Shown: positions 1 through 11,946 of the stretch, in pieces | How the letters are laid out: the number at the start of each line of letters is the position of its first letter | Position numbering within the stretch: the first letter of the stretch is position 1 | From: Casimicrobiaceae bacterium | GTDB taxonomy: Bacteria > Pseudomonadota > Gammaproteobacteria > Burkholderiales > Casimicrobiaceae | Length of the DNA stretch: 64,000 bases | Direction: 5' to 3' | Assembly (NCBI GenBank): GCA_036491555.1 | Contig: DASXBS010000038.1 | Coordinates: forward strand, 2,494 to 66,493 | Position numbers and translations under genes: made by a program | The notes under the pieces: generated by a model | Told to the model about the DNA's origin: nothing | The model's input: the letters and a program-made list of their open reading frames with translations, nothing else | Databases searched by the model: none

Positions 1-763
1 TGTTGAGCGGCAGCAACCGCGCGTTGATCGCGCGCGCCTCCTCGAGGCGGCCGGCGAGCGCCGCGGCGCACATGTCGGCCATCGCCCGCGGCGCGACATT
101 GGCGGTCACCGAAATTACGCCGTGCCCGCCCAACAGCATGTAGGCAAGCGCGGTGTCGTCGTTGCCCGAGAGCAAGGCGAAGCCCTTGCCGCGCGGCAAG
201 CGCCGCATCAGGTCGACGTGGCGGACCATGTCCGAAGTGGCGTCCTTGATGCCGACGACGCGATCGACTTGCGCCAAACGCAGGACGGTGTCGGTGGCGA
301 GGTCCGCCACGGTACGGCCGGGAACGTTGTACACGAGCAGCGGAATGTCCACCGCCTCGGCGATGTTGCGGAAGTGAAGATATAGCCCTTCCTGCGACGG
401 CTTGTTGTAGTAGGGCACGACCGACAGCGCGTAATCGGCGCCGGCGTCGTGCGCGTAGCGCGTGAGCTCGATGGCTTCCGCCGTCGAATTCGCGCCGGTT
501 CCCGCAATGACCGCGACGCGCCTCGCGACGTGCTCGACGGTGCTCCTGATGAGCAGGCAATGCTCTTCGAAATCGACCGTCGGCGATTCGCCGGTCGTGC
601 CGACGACGACGATGCCGGACGTGCCGTTGGCGATCTGGAAGTCGATGAGCTTGCGCAACGCCGACAGATCGAGAGCGCCGTCCTGGTGCATTGGCGTCGC
701 GATCGCGACCAGGCTTCCAGTCAATGTCGAACCCACGCGCACCGATCCCAAAAAATGCGCCAT
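1..763 (-). CDS. dapA: 4-hydroxy-tetrahydrodipicolinate synthase (partial; 3' end is outside the window)
   Basis: The minus-strand frame is open from ATG (rc of 761-763) to the left edge, so it is absent from the ORF track. My translation is [62 protein letters not shown]...[10 protein letters not shown], which fits the DapA pattern including the GIKDA lysine context. TTG at 724 is an alternative start. Confidence 0.9.
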   Translation of the reverse strand, partial: MAHFLGSVRVGSTLTGSLVAIATPMHQDGALDLSALRKLIDFQIANGTSGIVVVGTTGESPTVDFEEHCLLIRSTVEHVARRVAVIAGTGANSTAEAIELTRYAHDAGADYALSVVPYYNKPSQEGLYLHFRNIAEAVDIPLLVYNVPGRTVADLATDTVLRLAQVDRVVGIKDATSDMVRHVDLMRRLPRGKGFALLSGNDDTALAYMLLGGHGVISVTANVAPRAMADMCAAALAGRLEEARAINARLLPLN

Positions 764-859
764 TTTACCCCATTCCGAACCCTGTTCTGCCGCCAACGGC
801 AGGCACGGTACGGGTCGACCGACCGGGCTCGGCACAGTCCGGATGGCGGCGACCCGACC

Positions 860-1420
860 TCACGGCAGCGCAGACGGCCACGCGCGTTCCAGGCCGACTG
901 CGGCGATTCGCTGCAGCACTGCAGGCCGGCCCGCGTGCGCCGCGACCAGCCCCTGCTCGAAGGCGACCACGCGCATGCGGGCGCGCACGCGGTCAAGCAA
1001 TTCGTCGGGGGCCAGCAAAAAATCCCGATTGAAGGGCTTGCCGAAGGCTTCGTTCCCCTGCGCGAACGTTTCGTACAGCAGCGCACCGTCGGCGGCGACA
1101 CTGCTTAGCAGCACGTCGATACGGGGCCGATGCAGATAGCGAGTCACCACCACCGCGTCGAATCGTCGGCCCGCGAGCGGCCAGGTGCCCTGCTCCAAAT
1201 CGGCCTGCAGCGTGGTCGCGCCGTCGACGCCGTACAGTTGCCGCAGGGCGTCGGCGTCGCGGTCGACCGCGAGCACACGCTGGCCTTGAGCGCAGAGCAG
1301 CCGCGTGTGTCTGCCGGTGCCACATGCGAGGTCGAGGACCAGGCTGCCCGCAGGGATCAGCGCCGCAAAGCGCACGATCCACGGCGACGGCGCCTCGCGC
1401 TGCAGCGCGCCGGCGCTCAT
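860..1420 (-). CDS. class I SAM-dependent methyltransferase
   Basis: This is the C-terminal 186 aa of track ORF 860..1768, starting at the internal ATG (MSAGALQREAPSPW). It has SAM motif I, VLDLACGTGRHT. The upstream part of the long ORF is Arg/Gly-rich junk that overlaps the LysR gene. Its start forms an ATGA overlap with the LysR stop (1417-1420). Confidence 0.8.
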   Translation of the reverse strand: MSAGALQREAPSPWIVRFAALIPAGSLVLDLACGTGRHTRLLCAQGQRVLAVDRDADALRQLYGVDGATTLQADLEQGTWPLAGRRFDAVVVTRYLHRPRIDVLLSSVAADGALLYETFAQGNEAFGKPFNRDFLLAPDELLDRVRARMRVVAFEQGLVAAHAGRPAVLQRIAAVGLERAWPSALP

Positions 1421-2409
1421 CGGCGGGCGCGTGCTGGCGCTGCCTTGCGACGACTGGCCACGACCACCGGGGTGCCGGTCTGCGCGCAGTCGGCAGCGGC
1501 CTCGTGCACCAGCCAATCGACGAATGCGTGCGATTCCGCGCGCATGTTGGCCTGCGCGGTCGTCACCACGTAATAGGCGCGCGGCGTAGTGTACTTTCCG
1601 TGCAGCGGCGCCACCAGCCGCCCCTCGTTGAGCAAGCGGTCGATCAGCGGGACGCGCCCGAGGGCCACACCCTGCCCGTCCAGGGCCGCCTGCATCACCT
1701 GGTCGAAGTGATTGAAGCGCATCGACCCCGCCGGCTTCAGATCGCGTATGCCGACCGCGGCAAGCCAAACCGACCAGTTGAGCCAGGTGAAGCGCCCACC
1801 CTCGTCATCGATGTGCAGCAGCACGTGCCGTTCGAGGTCCTCGGCTTTGCGCAACGGACGTTTCGGATCGGCGGCGAGCGAAGGACTACATACCGGCAGC
1901 AGCCGCTCGCCGAATAATCGCGGCGAGCCGGGCGGAGCCATCGCCTCCGAACAGTAGCGCACGGCAAGGTCGATGCGCTCGCGCTCGAGATCGACGACGC
2001 GGTTGTCGGCGGAGATGAATACGTCGACGCTCGGGTGCAGCGCGCGGAATCGGGCCAGCCGCGGAATGAGCCAGAGCGACGCAAAAGGCTGATTGGTGGA
2101 AACGGTGAGCGGCTGCGCCGTCTGCTCGCGGCGGATCTTGGCGACCGACTGCGTCAGCTCGTCGAGGACCACCCTCGCGCTGGCGTGCAGGATCTGGCCA
2201 GCGTCGGTAAGGCGCAACTCGCGGTGCCGGCGCTCGAACAGCGGGGCACCCAGTTGCTCCTCGAGCGCCTGGATCTGGCGCGACAGCGCGGATTGCGTCA
2301 GGAAGAGGTCCTGCGCCGCGCGGGTGAACGACAGGTGGCGCGCCGCGGCATCGAACCCCTTGAGGAGGTCCAGCGAGGGCAAACGCGCCGGGATGGGTGG
2401 CTTAGCCAT
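1417..2409 (-). CDS. LysR-family transcriptional regulator (GcvA/AmpR-like)
   Basis: Track ORF 1417..2523 trimmed to MAKPPIPARLPSLDLLKGFDAAARHLSFTRAAQDLFLTQSALSRQIQALEEQLG. This is a typical LysR winged-HTH followed by a substrate-binding domain. Confidence 0.9.
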   Translation of the reverse strand: MAKPPIPARLPSLDLLKGFDAAARHLSFTRAAQDLFLTQSALSRQIQALEEQLGAPLFERRHRELRLTDAGQILHASARVVLDELTQSVAKIRREQTAQPLTVSTNQPFASLWLIPRLARFRALHPSVDVFISADNRVVDLERERIDLAVRYCSEAMAPPGSPRLFGERLLPVCSPSLAADPKRPLRKAEDLERHVLLHIDDEGGRFTWLNWSVWLAAVGIRDLKPAGSMRFNHFDQVMQAALDGQGVALGRVPLIDRLLNEGRLVAPLHGKYTTPRAYYVVTTAQANMRAESHAFVDWLVHEAAADCAQTGTPVVVASRRKAAPARARR

Positions 2410-2510
2410 TCCTAACTTGCATGCGTAGGATGCGCCTTTTTCGTTTGTGATCGGCTGCGGGCGAACCCATAATCCGAGGCATGCATCGCAGTTTTCGCCT
2501 TTGTCGGTAC

Positions 2511-2540
2511 TTGAATGATGCATGAATCATACGCATTCAA
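2511..2540. promoter_or_regulatory. Nested inverted repeat; candidate LysR operator upstream of the DUF2917 gene
   Basis: TTGAATG-N16-CATTCAA encloses ATGAT-N6-ATCAT and an ATGC-N11-GCAT (T-N11-A type) element. It lies immediately 5' of the AAGGAG RBS at 2541 and in the divergent LysR/DUF2917 intergenic region. Confidence 0.5.
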
Positions 2541-2553
2541 AAGGAGAAATACC

Positions 2554-2934
2554 ATGCCCTTCGACCGCACCCCAGACCGCACCATCCAGCGCACAGTGTT
2601 GCCGCGCCGGAAAACGTTCGTCCTCGACGACGCGACCGGCAGCGCCATCAGCCTCGACTACGGCTGCGTGTGGATCACGCTCGAGCGCGACCCGCGCGAT
2701 ATCGTGCTGCTCCCCGGGATGCGCTTCGAGATCGATCGCGAGGGCCGCACCGTGGTCACCGCCGAAGAGGATTCGCGCCTGCGCATCGAGCACGCGCCAA
2801 CCTGGGCGCAACGGGTGTCTGCCGCGCTGGACGCGTTGCGCGCCGAGCCCGTTGACAGCGCCGCGCAAGCCGCTGACGGGGGCGTCGCCAGCGCGCACCG
2901 CTTCGTCGACCGCGCACGCGTGCCGTACTACTAG
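2554..2934 (+). CDS. DUF2917 domain-containing protein
   Basis: Track ORF 2515..2934 trimmed to the ATG preceded by AAGGAG. The sequence MPFDRTPDRTIQRTVLPRRKTFVLDD...CVWITLERDPRDIVLLPG resembles the DUF2917 family, which typically sits divergent from LysR genes in Burkholderiales. The family call is from memory. Confidence 0.65.
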   Translation: MPFDRTPDRTIQRTVLPRRKTFVLDDATGSAISLDYGCVWITLERDPRDIVLLPGMRFEIDREGRTVVTAEEDSRLRIEHAPTWAQRVSAALDALRAEPVDSAAQAADGGVASAHRFVDRARVPYY

Positions 2935-2981
2935 GGCGCTGCTAATCCGACCTGGGCGCGCTGCTCCCGAGGAGACCCGAC

Positions 2982-3170
2982 ATGAAACGCTACCAACCGA
3001 AGACCCCGCGCGTCGCGCTCGCACTGCTGAGCATCGCCGTGAGCGCGGCGACGCTCGCCACGCTGGTCGTGGTGCCCTCGGCCATCGAGCGCGACAGCAC
3101 GCTTTTCGTCGCGCTCGCCGAACCGGCATCACTGCAACCGCTGTGCGTTCAGCGGGTCGATGTCGATTGA
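2982..3170 (+). CDS. small hypothetical membrane protein (62 aa)
   Basis: A GAGGAG RBS sits 7 nt upstream of the ATG. There is one hydrophobic segment, VALALLSIAVSAATLATLVVV. I recognise no family. Confidence 0.45.
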   Translation: MKRYQPKTPRVALALLSIAVSAATLATLVVVPSAIERDSTLFVALAEPASLQPLCVQRVDVD

Positions 3171-3209
3171 CCTGGTCGGCAATCGATCGCCGCACGGCGG
3201 CGACCGGTC

Positions 3210-5795
<2,586 letters not shown>

Positions 5796-5828
5796 TGCAT
5801 TTCCCTCAGGAATTTATCCCTACCGCGG

Positions 5829-5856
5829 AGATGGGGACGGCATCGGCGGGTTCAAG
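5829..5856 (-). promoter_or_regulatory. sigma-32 (RpoH) heat-shock promoter of clpB
   Basis: The reverse complement reads CTTGAAC-N13-CCCCATCT, a near-perfect match to CTTGAAA-N13/14-CCCCATnT. It lies about 30 nt upstream of the clpB ATG. Confidence 0.8.
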
Positions 5857-5981
5857 CCGCAAAATGGCCGAAGCAAATGATTTCACCATTGCGGTCCGCG
5901 CGAAGCGCGCGCAAAGCTGCTGCCCGCGCATGCTACGATCATTCTTGCTGCGCAAGCGCTCTATTTCCCACACGATTTTTC

Positions 5982-6215
5982 ATGGCCCCGAACGATCCCG
6001 CGCCGCCCGAGCATGTCCAGCCCCGTCCCGCCAGCTTTTTTCGCGTACTCGGGGCCGTTTTTGCGAGTTTTCTGGGCATTCGCAAAAAAGCCGCGGGCGA
6101 ACACGACATGGTCACGATCAAGCCTCATCACGTGATCATCGCAGGCGTGCTTGGCGCCGCGCTCTTCGTGGCGATCCTGATCGTGCTGGTTCGCTTCATC
6201 ACCCGTCACGCCTAG
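5982..6215 (+). CDS. DUF2970 domain-containing small membrane protein
   Basis: This is the C-terminal 77 aa of track ORF 5409..6215, from the ATG at 5982. It contains FFRVLGAVFASFLGIRKK...HHVIIAGVLGAALFVAILIVLV. The upstream part of the ORF is antisense to clpB. Confidence 0.7.
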   Translation: MAPNDPAPPEHVQPRPASFFRVLGAVFASFLGIRKKAAGEHDMVTIKPHHVIIAGVLGAALFVAILIVLVRFITRHA

Positions 6216-6228
6216 GCGCACCGGCGGC

Positions 6229-7461
6229 TCAGCCGGGCGCCGCGAGAATTTGGGCGAGCGCGGCGGCGGCGCGCGCCAGTTCGTCGTCGGTGCTGAGGAT
6301 GTCCGGGCACAGGCGCAGCCAGCGTCCGCGCGCATCCACTATCACCCCTTCGTCGTCCAGTGCCCGCGCGCAGCGCAGCGCCGCGTCCTCGCCGCGATGC
6401 GCGAGGTCCACCACGCAAAACGCACCACGCGCTTCGTCGCCACCGGCCGCCGCAATGCCCTCGCGCGCAAGCCAGTCGACCAACCCGCGTTGCTGCGCCA
6501 ACGTGTACTGGCGCACGCGCGCCGCACCGAGCGCGAGCGCCAGGCGCTGACCGGCGCGCGCCTGGTACCAGGTGAGCACCGGCGGCGTCGACTCCATGAA
6601 CGCGTCGCCTCCCTCGGCCCAGCGCGGCGGATCCGGTCGCCGGTAATCGAAGGCGTCGCGCTTCGCGAACCATCCCACGTCGAGAGTCGACACGTTGCCG
6701 TCGAGGTGGCGCGGATGGAGATATAGAAAGCACGACCCCGGTCCTCCGCGCAGGTACTTATAGCTTCCACCGACGGCGAAGTCGACGTCGAGCGCCGCCA
6801 CGTCCACCGGCAGTGCGCCGAGGGAGTGATAGACGTCGAGCAGCACGCGCGCACCGGCGCCGTGCGCATCGTCGACGAGTGCGCCCAGTTCGGGTAAGAC
6901 CTGGCCGCTATTGAACATGACCTGCGAGAGCACTACCAGATCGGTCCCCGCGCGCACCGCGGCGCGCACATCGGCGGCGGCGAAGGTGCCTCCTTCGCCA
7001 GGCTCGACGAAGCGCAGGCTGATGCGTCCGCGCTGTGCGTAATGGCGAAGAATGACGTCGATGGAATCGAACTCGCCGCGCGTCGCGACCACTTGCGCGG
7101 CGTGGTCGTAGGTGTTGAGTATCGCGCGCAATCCCTGCCCCGCGCTCGTCTTGGGCACGATGCAATCGGGACGCGGCGCACCGAGCAGGCGCGCGAGGCG
7201 CTCGCGAAAGGCGCGCAGCTCGAGAGACCAGTCGTCCCATGCGCGTCCCATGCGCGTCGGCCAGAGTGCAAGCGCCTCGGCAACGTCGTCGGCCGTTGCG
7301 TCAAGCGGGCGGCCCAGCGAATGATTGGCAAGATAGATCTTGCCTGCCTGTTCGCGCAGCACCCGCGAGAACAACGGACGCACATGCCTCGACAGCGTCG
7401 TCGCGCTGAGCGCTCCCGCGCCCATCGCAGCGACCGCCTCCTCGATGCGTTCTGCGGCCAT
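6229..7461 (-). CDS. kynU: kynureninase (PLP-dependent)
   Basis: 410 aa. Contains IYLANHSLGRP and the PLP-lysine motif GGSYKYLRGGPG. It sits directly downstream of kynA. Confidence 0.8.
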   Translation of the reverse strand: MAAERIEEAVAAMGAGALSATTLSRHVRPLFSRVLREQAGKIYLANHSLGRPLDATADDVAEALALWPTRMGRAWDDWSLELRAFRERLARLLGAPRPDCIVPKTSAGQGLRAILNTYDHAAQVVATRGEFDSIDVILRHYAQRGRISLRFVEPGEGGTFAAADVRAAVRAGTDLVVLSQVMFNSGQVLPELGALVDDAHGAGARVLLDVYHSLGALPVDVAALDVDFAVGGSYKYLRGGPGSCFLYLHPRHLDGNVSTLDVGWFAKRDAFDYRRPDPPRWAEGGDAFMESTPPVLTWYQARAGQRLALALGAARVRQYTLAQQRGLVDWLAREGIAAAGGDEARGAFCVVDLAHRGEDAALRCARALDDEGVIVDARGRWLRLCPDILSTDDELARAAAALAQILAAPG

Positions 7462-7552
7462 TACCGGCAGGACATCTGCAGGATCGTCCGTCTGTGCCGC
7501 GGCGCGCGGTTTGCCCCGCAGGAGGCGCGCGCTTTGAGCGGCCCCGCAGCGC

Positions 7553-8407
7553 TCATCGGCTTCCGATCACGGTGCGCACATCGAGAAGCTCCGGGAAGAA
7601 TGATTGGTCCAGTGCGCGTCGCAGGAACGCCGCTCCGCTGGACCCGCCGGTACCCGTCTTGAATCCGATGATGCGCTCGACGGTCTTGAGGTGCCGAAAA
7701 CGCCACAGCTGAAACGACTCCTCCACGTCGACCAGTTTCTCCGCCATCTCGTAGGCATCCCAGTAGCGTTGCGGGTCCTCGTAGATCGTCTTGAACACGC
7801 CGACCAGCGCAGCGTTGCGTCGATACGGCTGCGTCCAGTCGCGCTCGACGACGTCCGCCGGCACGGGCAGGTCGCGACGGGCGAGATGGCGCAGGAATTC
7901 GTCGTAGAGCGATGGCGCGCGCAGCAGCGCGTCGAGACTGGCATGACTCGCAGGATCGTGGCGAAAGACGTCGAGCAGCGCGGCATCCTTGTTGCCGAGC
8001 AGGAACTCGATGGCGCGATACTGCGCTGACTGAAAACCCGACGATTGGCCGAGCACCGGACGAAACGACTCGTATTCAGATGGTGTAAGCGTCTCCAGTA
8101 CGGCCCACTGCTCAAAGAGCTGTTTCTGGATCAGTTTGACTCTCGCGAGGATCTTGAAGCATGCGTCGAGCTGGTCGGCGCGGATGAAATCGGTCGCCCG
8201 CACGAGCTCGTGGATCATGAGCTTCATCCACAGCTCGGAGGTCTGATGCTGGATGATGAACAGCATCTCGTCGTGACGCGGCGGCGTGTCCGCCGTTCCC
8301 GACAGCGGCTTCTGCGCCTCGAGCAGCTTGTCCAGGCAGAGGTAACCCGCGTAGGTGAGGCGATCGCGAAAATCGGTCACGATGCCCGGTTCGAGTCGCT
8401 GCGCCAT
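7553..8407 (-). CDS. kynA: tryptophan 2,3-dioxygenase
   Basis: This is the C-terminal 284 aa of track ORF 7553..10012, from the ATG at 8407: [36 protein letters not shown]...[19 protein letters not shown]...[22 protein letters not shown]. The long N-terminal extension is antisense to the hydrolase gene. Confidence 0.92.
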   Translation of the reverse strand: MAQRLEPGIVTDFRDRLTYAGYLCLDKLLEAQKPLSGTADTPPRHDEMLFIIQHQTSELWMKLMIHELVRATDFIRADQLDACFKILARVKLIQKQLFEQWAVLETLTPSEYESFRPVLGQSSGFQSAQYRAIEFLLGNKDAALLDVFRHDPASHASLDALLRAPSLYDEFLRHLARRDLPVPADVVERDWTQPYRRNAALVGVFKTIYEDPQRYWDAYEMAEKLVDVEESFQLWRFRHLKTVERIIGFKTGTGGSSGAAFLRRALDQSFFPELLDVRTVIGSR

Positions 8408-8494
8408 GAAATGAACACCGGGAGAGGAAGGCGCAGTATAGGAAGCGGGTGTTCGGGTGTCCATCCGCGGTCGCGGTAGCGCTCGGCCCTTCGC

Positions 8495-10021
8495 ATGGCG
8501 TCTGCTACCATCGCCCGCGTGATGCAACGCACGCGCATTCTCGACGCCGGCAGACGTCCGCAGCGCGCCATCGTGCTCGTGACTCTGGTAATAATCCTGC
8601 TCGCCGGCTGCGCCCGAGAAAATGCGCAGCGTCACGTCGAGCTGAGCGAATGCCGGGTGGCAAGACTGCCAACCTCGGCACAATGCGGGCACATCGCGGT
8701 CCCGGAAAATCGTTCGCAGCCCGACGCACGCAAGATCGACATCGCATTCATCGTTCTGCCGGCCAACACGCTCAATCCCCTTCCGGACCCGCTGTTCATG
8801 CTCCCCGGCGGGCCGGGACAATCGGCTGCCGCGCTGGCGCCGTTGGCCGCTGCGCTGGGCGGCGTCCGGCGCAACCGTGACATCGTGCTCGTCGATCCGC
8901 GCGGCGGCGGCAAGTCGTCTCCGCTCAGGTGTGCCTCCTTCGCGCCGCGCGATCCACTCGATGAGTTCGCCGACGATGATGTCGGGCACGAAGCGCGGCA
9001 TTGCCTGCGCGAGATCGCCGAAGCGCACGCTGCCGATGTCGCTCAATACAACACCTCGGCGCTGGTCGCCGACGTCGACGCTATCCGCCAGGCGCTCGGT
9101 TACGAGCGGATCAATCTGTGGGGCGGCTCGTACGGCACGCGCGTTGCGCAGGAATACCTGCGCCGTTTTCCGCAGCGCGTTCGCGCGGCGGTGCTCGATG
9201 GTGTCGCACCGCCATCGATGCGCATCAACCTCGATGTCTGGCCCTCGCGCGAGGCCGCGCTGGCGGCGCTGTTCGCCGCATGCGCGGAAGACTCCGCGTG
9301 CCGGCAGGCGTATCCCGACCTCGATACGACGCTTGCCACGATCAAACGCGATCTGGGCAACAGCCGGCGCGTGAGCATCGCCGATCCGCGCACCGGCGCC
9401 ACTCGCGAAGTCTCGCTGACCTTCGACATGGTCGTTGGCGCACTGCAGGCATTGATGTACGTTCCCGAGCTCGCGAGCCTGGCACCGACCCTGCTTGCGC
9501 GAGCGAGCAGCGGCGACTATGCGCCGCTCGCGGCCGCCGCGCTGATGGTGACCCAGGACGCGCAGCGTTCGATGAACATGGCGCTTCACTATGCGGTAAC
9601 CTGCGGCGAAGACGCGCCGCGCATCGATCCCGTGGAAGCAAAGCGGGCGCTCGACGCGCTGCGCGCTCCCGCGCTCGCCGAGCGCAACCTGGTTGCGTGC
9701 CAGGGTTGGCCCAAGGCGGCCGAATCGGCGGATTTCAGCGCACCGCTCGCGAGCGACAAACCGGTGCTGATCCTTTCGGGCGGGCTCGATCCGGTCACCC
9801 CCCCTGCGAACGGCGCGAAGGTCGCGCAGACGCTGCCGAATTCGCGCCATGTCGTCGCCGCCGGCTATGGCCACATCGTCTCGCCCCACGCCTGCGTTCC
9901 GCGGCTGATCGAGAAATTCATCGACGAGGCAGGATTCGGCGCGCTTCCGCAGTCGTGCCTCGATTACCTGGCGCGCAGCGCGCGCCCTCCGATTTTCGCC
10001 TCGCTCCTTCAATCGCGATGA
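8495..10021 (+). CDS. exported alpha/beta hydrolase lipoprotein (S33/TAP-like)
   Basis: Lipobox [14 protein letters not shown] oxyanion region, GGSYG nucleophile elbow and a C-terminal GGLDPVTPP...GYGHI. ATG at 8522 is an alternative start. Confidence 0.8.
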   Translation: MASATIARVMQRTRILDAGRRPQRAIVLVTLVIILLAGCARENAQRHVELSECRVARLPTSAQCGHIAVPENRSQPDARKIDIAFIVLPANTLNPLPDPLFMLPGGPGQSAAALAPLAAALGGVRRNRDIVLVDPRGGGKSSPLRCASFAPRDPLDEFADDDVGHEARHCLREIAEAHAADVAQYNTSALVADVDAIRQALGYERINLWGGSYGTRVAQEYLRRFPQRVRAAVLDGVAPPSMRINLDVWPSREAALAALFAACAEDSACRQAYPDLDTTLATIKRDLGNSRRVSIADPRTGATREVSLTFDMVVGALQALMYVPELASLAPTLLARASSGDYAPLAAAALMVTQDAQRSMNMALHYAVTCGEDAPRIDPVEAKRALDALRAPALAERNLVACQGWPKAAESADFSAPLASDKPVLILSGGLDPVTPPANGAKVAQTLPNSRHVVAAGYGHIVSPHACVPRLIEKFIDEAGFGALPQSCLDYLARSARPPIFASLLQSR

Positions 10022-10761
10022 TCGTCGTCGACGGCCTGGTCAAGCGCTTCGGCAGGAAGGGCGAAATCGCTGCGGTCGATGGCGCGAGCTTCGTCGCGCG
10101 CGACGGCGCGATCACCGGGCTGCTCGGCCCCAACGGCGCCGGAAAGACGACGCTATTGCGCATGCTGGCGACGCTGGTCGTCCCCGATCGCGGCAGCGCG
10201 CAGGTCGACGGTTTGGACATCGTGCGCGAGCGCTATCGCGTTCGCCAGCGCATCGGCGTGCTTTCCGACGCGCGCGGCCTGTACGCGCGGCTCACCGCGC
10301 GCGAGAACGTGCGCTACTACGGCCGCCTGCACGGCCTTTCCGGACCGGCGCTGGAGGCGCGCATCGACGAGCTTATCGCGACGCTCAACCTGGACGAGTT
10401 GGCCGACCGGCGCACGCAGGGTTTTTCGCAGGGCGAGCGCATGAAAGTGGCGATCGCGCGCGCCCTGGTGCACGACCCGGCAGCGCTTCTGCTCGACGAG
10501 CCCACGAACGGGCTCGACATCATGAGCACGCGGGGCCTGCGCGAGCTCCTACGCGCGCTGCGCGCCGCGGGCAAATGCATCGTCTTCTCCACGCACGTCA
10601 TGCAGGAAGTCAGCGCGCTGTGCGACACGATCGTGATCCTGGGTCACGGTCGCGTCGTCGCCAGCGGCGATTGCGCGCACCTGCTGGCGCGGTCAGGCAA
10701 GTCGACGCTCGAAGATGCCTTCGTCGACCTGCTCGGGTCGGGCGAAGGACTCGCTGCCTGA
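10018..10761 (+). CDS. ABC transporter ATP-binding protein (NatA-like)
   Basis: In-frame part of track ORF 9001..10761, starting [12 protein letters not shown]. Has Walker [10 protein letters not shown], signature FSQGERMKV and Walker B LLLDEP. Forms an ATGA overlap with the hydrolase stop. Confidence 0.9.
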   Translation: MIVVDGLVKRFGRKGEIAAVDGASFVARDGAITGLLGPNGAGKTTLLRMLATLVVPDRGSAQVDGLDIVRERYRVRQRIGVLSDARGLYARLTARENVRYYGRLHGLSGPALEARIDELIATLNLDELADRRTQGFSQGERMKVAIARALVHDPAALLLDEPTNGLDIMSTRGLRELLRALRAAGKCIVFSTHVMQEVSALCDTIVILGHGRVVASGDCAHLLARSGKSTLEDAFVDLLGSGEGLAA

Positions 10762-10773
10762 GCGGCCACGTCT

Positions 10774-11946
10774 GTGATGCATCGCATTTTTGACGTCACC
10801 TTCAAGGAGCTTGTCGATGCGCTGCGCGACCGACGCACGATGATGGTGACGCTGTTGACCGCCATCGCCGCCGGACCGCTGTTCCTGACGCTGATCCTGA
10901 ACATGGCGGCGAACCAGGCCGAGCGCGCCCGCGAGCTCAAGCTCGCGGTGGCCGGAGCGCAATACGCGCCTGCGCTCATCGCATTTCTCGAGCGCCAGCA
11001 GATCACCGTGCAACCGGCGCCTCTCGATTATGAAGCCAGGATTCGCGCCGGGGAGCTCGACGTCGCGCTGGTCATCGATGCGGACTTCGTCGATGACGTC
11101 GCCGCCGGCCGCGCCGCCACCGTTAAGCTGGTCTACGACCGATCGCGCGACCGCGCACGAGCGTCGATCGACGCGGCCGAAGCGGCGCTGCGAGCCTACA
11201 ACCGGCAGTGGGGAACGCAGCGGCTGCTGCTGCGTGGCATCGTGCCGCAGGTCGCGCTGCCGATGGACATCGAGGGCATCGACTTGGCCACGCCGCAACA
11301 GTCGGGCGCGCTCATCCTGTTCCTGATCGCGTATTACGGACTGTTCGCCTCGCTGATGGGCGGAATGGCGCTGGCGCTGGACGCCACCGCGGGCGAGCGC
11401 GAGCGCGGCTCGCTGGAGCCGCTGCTCGCCACGCCGGCGTCGTCGCTGGAAATAGCCACCGGCAAATGGCTCGCGATCTCGTGCTTCGATGCGACCGTCG
11501 TGGTGCTTACGCTGGCGGGCTTTTACCTGACGCTCAATTTCGCGCCGCTGCCGGCGGTCGGCGTGCCGTTCCTGTTCGGCGCCAGCGAGTTACTGCGTTT
11601 CCTGCTGGTGCTCGCGCCACTGGTGGCCTTGCTGCCCGCGGCGCTGCTGTACATGGGTGCGCGCGGACGCACGCTGAAGGAAGCGCAAGCGAATGTGTCG
11701 CTGCTGCTATTCATCATCAGCATGATGCCTGTCGTTCAGCTTTTCCTGCAGAAGCGCGAGCCGCGGTGGCTGCTGTGGGTGCCCATCTCGTCGCAATACA
11801 CGCTGCTTTCGCGCGCGTTGCGCGGCGATGAGATTGCGCCGCTCGACTGGCTGCAAAGTGCGGTCATCCCACTGGCGCTGGCGGCGCTCGCGCTGATCGC
11901 GGTGGGTCGAATGCTGCGCCGCGAGTCGGCGCTGGGCTCACGCTAG
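10774..11946 (+). CDS. ABC-2 family transporter permease (NatB-like)
   Basis: 390 aa. One N-terminal TM segment, a large extracytoplasmic loop and then a polytopic ABC-2 region. GTG at 10774 or ATG at 10777 could be the start. Confidence 0.8.
   Translation: MMHRIFDVTFKELVDALRDRRTMMVTLLTAIAAGPLFLTLILNMAANQAERARELKLAVAGAQYAPALIAFLERQQITVQPAPLDYEARIRAGELDVALVIDADFVDDVAAGRAATVKLVYDRSRDRARASIDAAEAALRAYNRQWGTQRLLLRGIVPQVALPMDIEGIDLATPQQSGALILFLIAYYGLFASLMGGMALALDATAGERERGSLEPLLATPASSLEIATGKWLAISCFDATVVVLTLAGFYLTLNFAPLPAVGVPFLFGASELLRFLLVLAPLVALLPAALLYMGARGRTLKEAQANVSLLLFIISMMPVVQLFLQKREPRWLLWVPISSQYTLLSRALRGDEIAPLDWLQSAVIPLALAALALIAVGRMLRRESALGSR

Noticed and set aside
8408-10012. N-terminal 535 aa of the 819-aa minus-strand ORF 7553..10012. 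Similar very long ORFs are 25458..27461 (-), 35685..37265 (+), 44546..46114 (-), 52405..54084 (+), 17952..19613 (-), 28669..30138 (+), 16699..17955 (-) and 15708..16901 (-).
   Set aside because: These are shadow ORFs typical of high-GC DNA. Their translations are dominated by Arg/Ala/Gly/Pro runs with no recognisable motifs. Each lies antisense to, or out of frame with, a gene that has clear family signatures (hydrolase, lplT, gspE-like, rho, maeB, DUF1800, LemA/UDG, PhzF, selU).
8495-10021. The alpha/beta hydrolase divergent from kynA could be the missing kynurenine formamidase, since eukaryotic Afmid is an alpha/beta hydrolase.
   Set aside because: It carries a lipoprotein signal (LLAGC), so it should be exported, whereas the kynurenine pathway is cytoplasmic. 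It is also translationally coupled to an ABC transporter rather than to the kyn genes.
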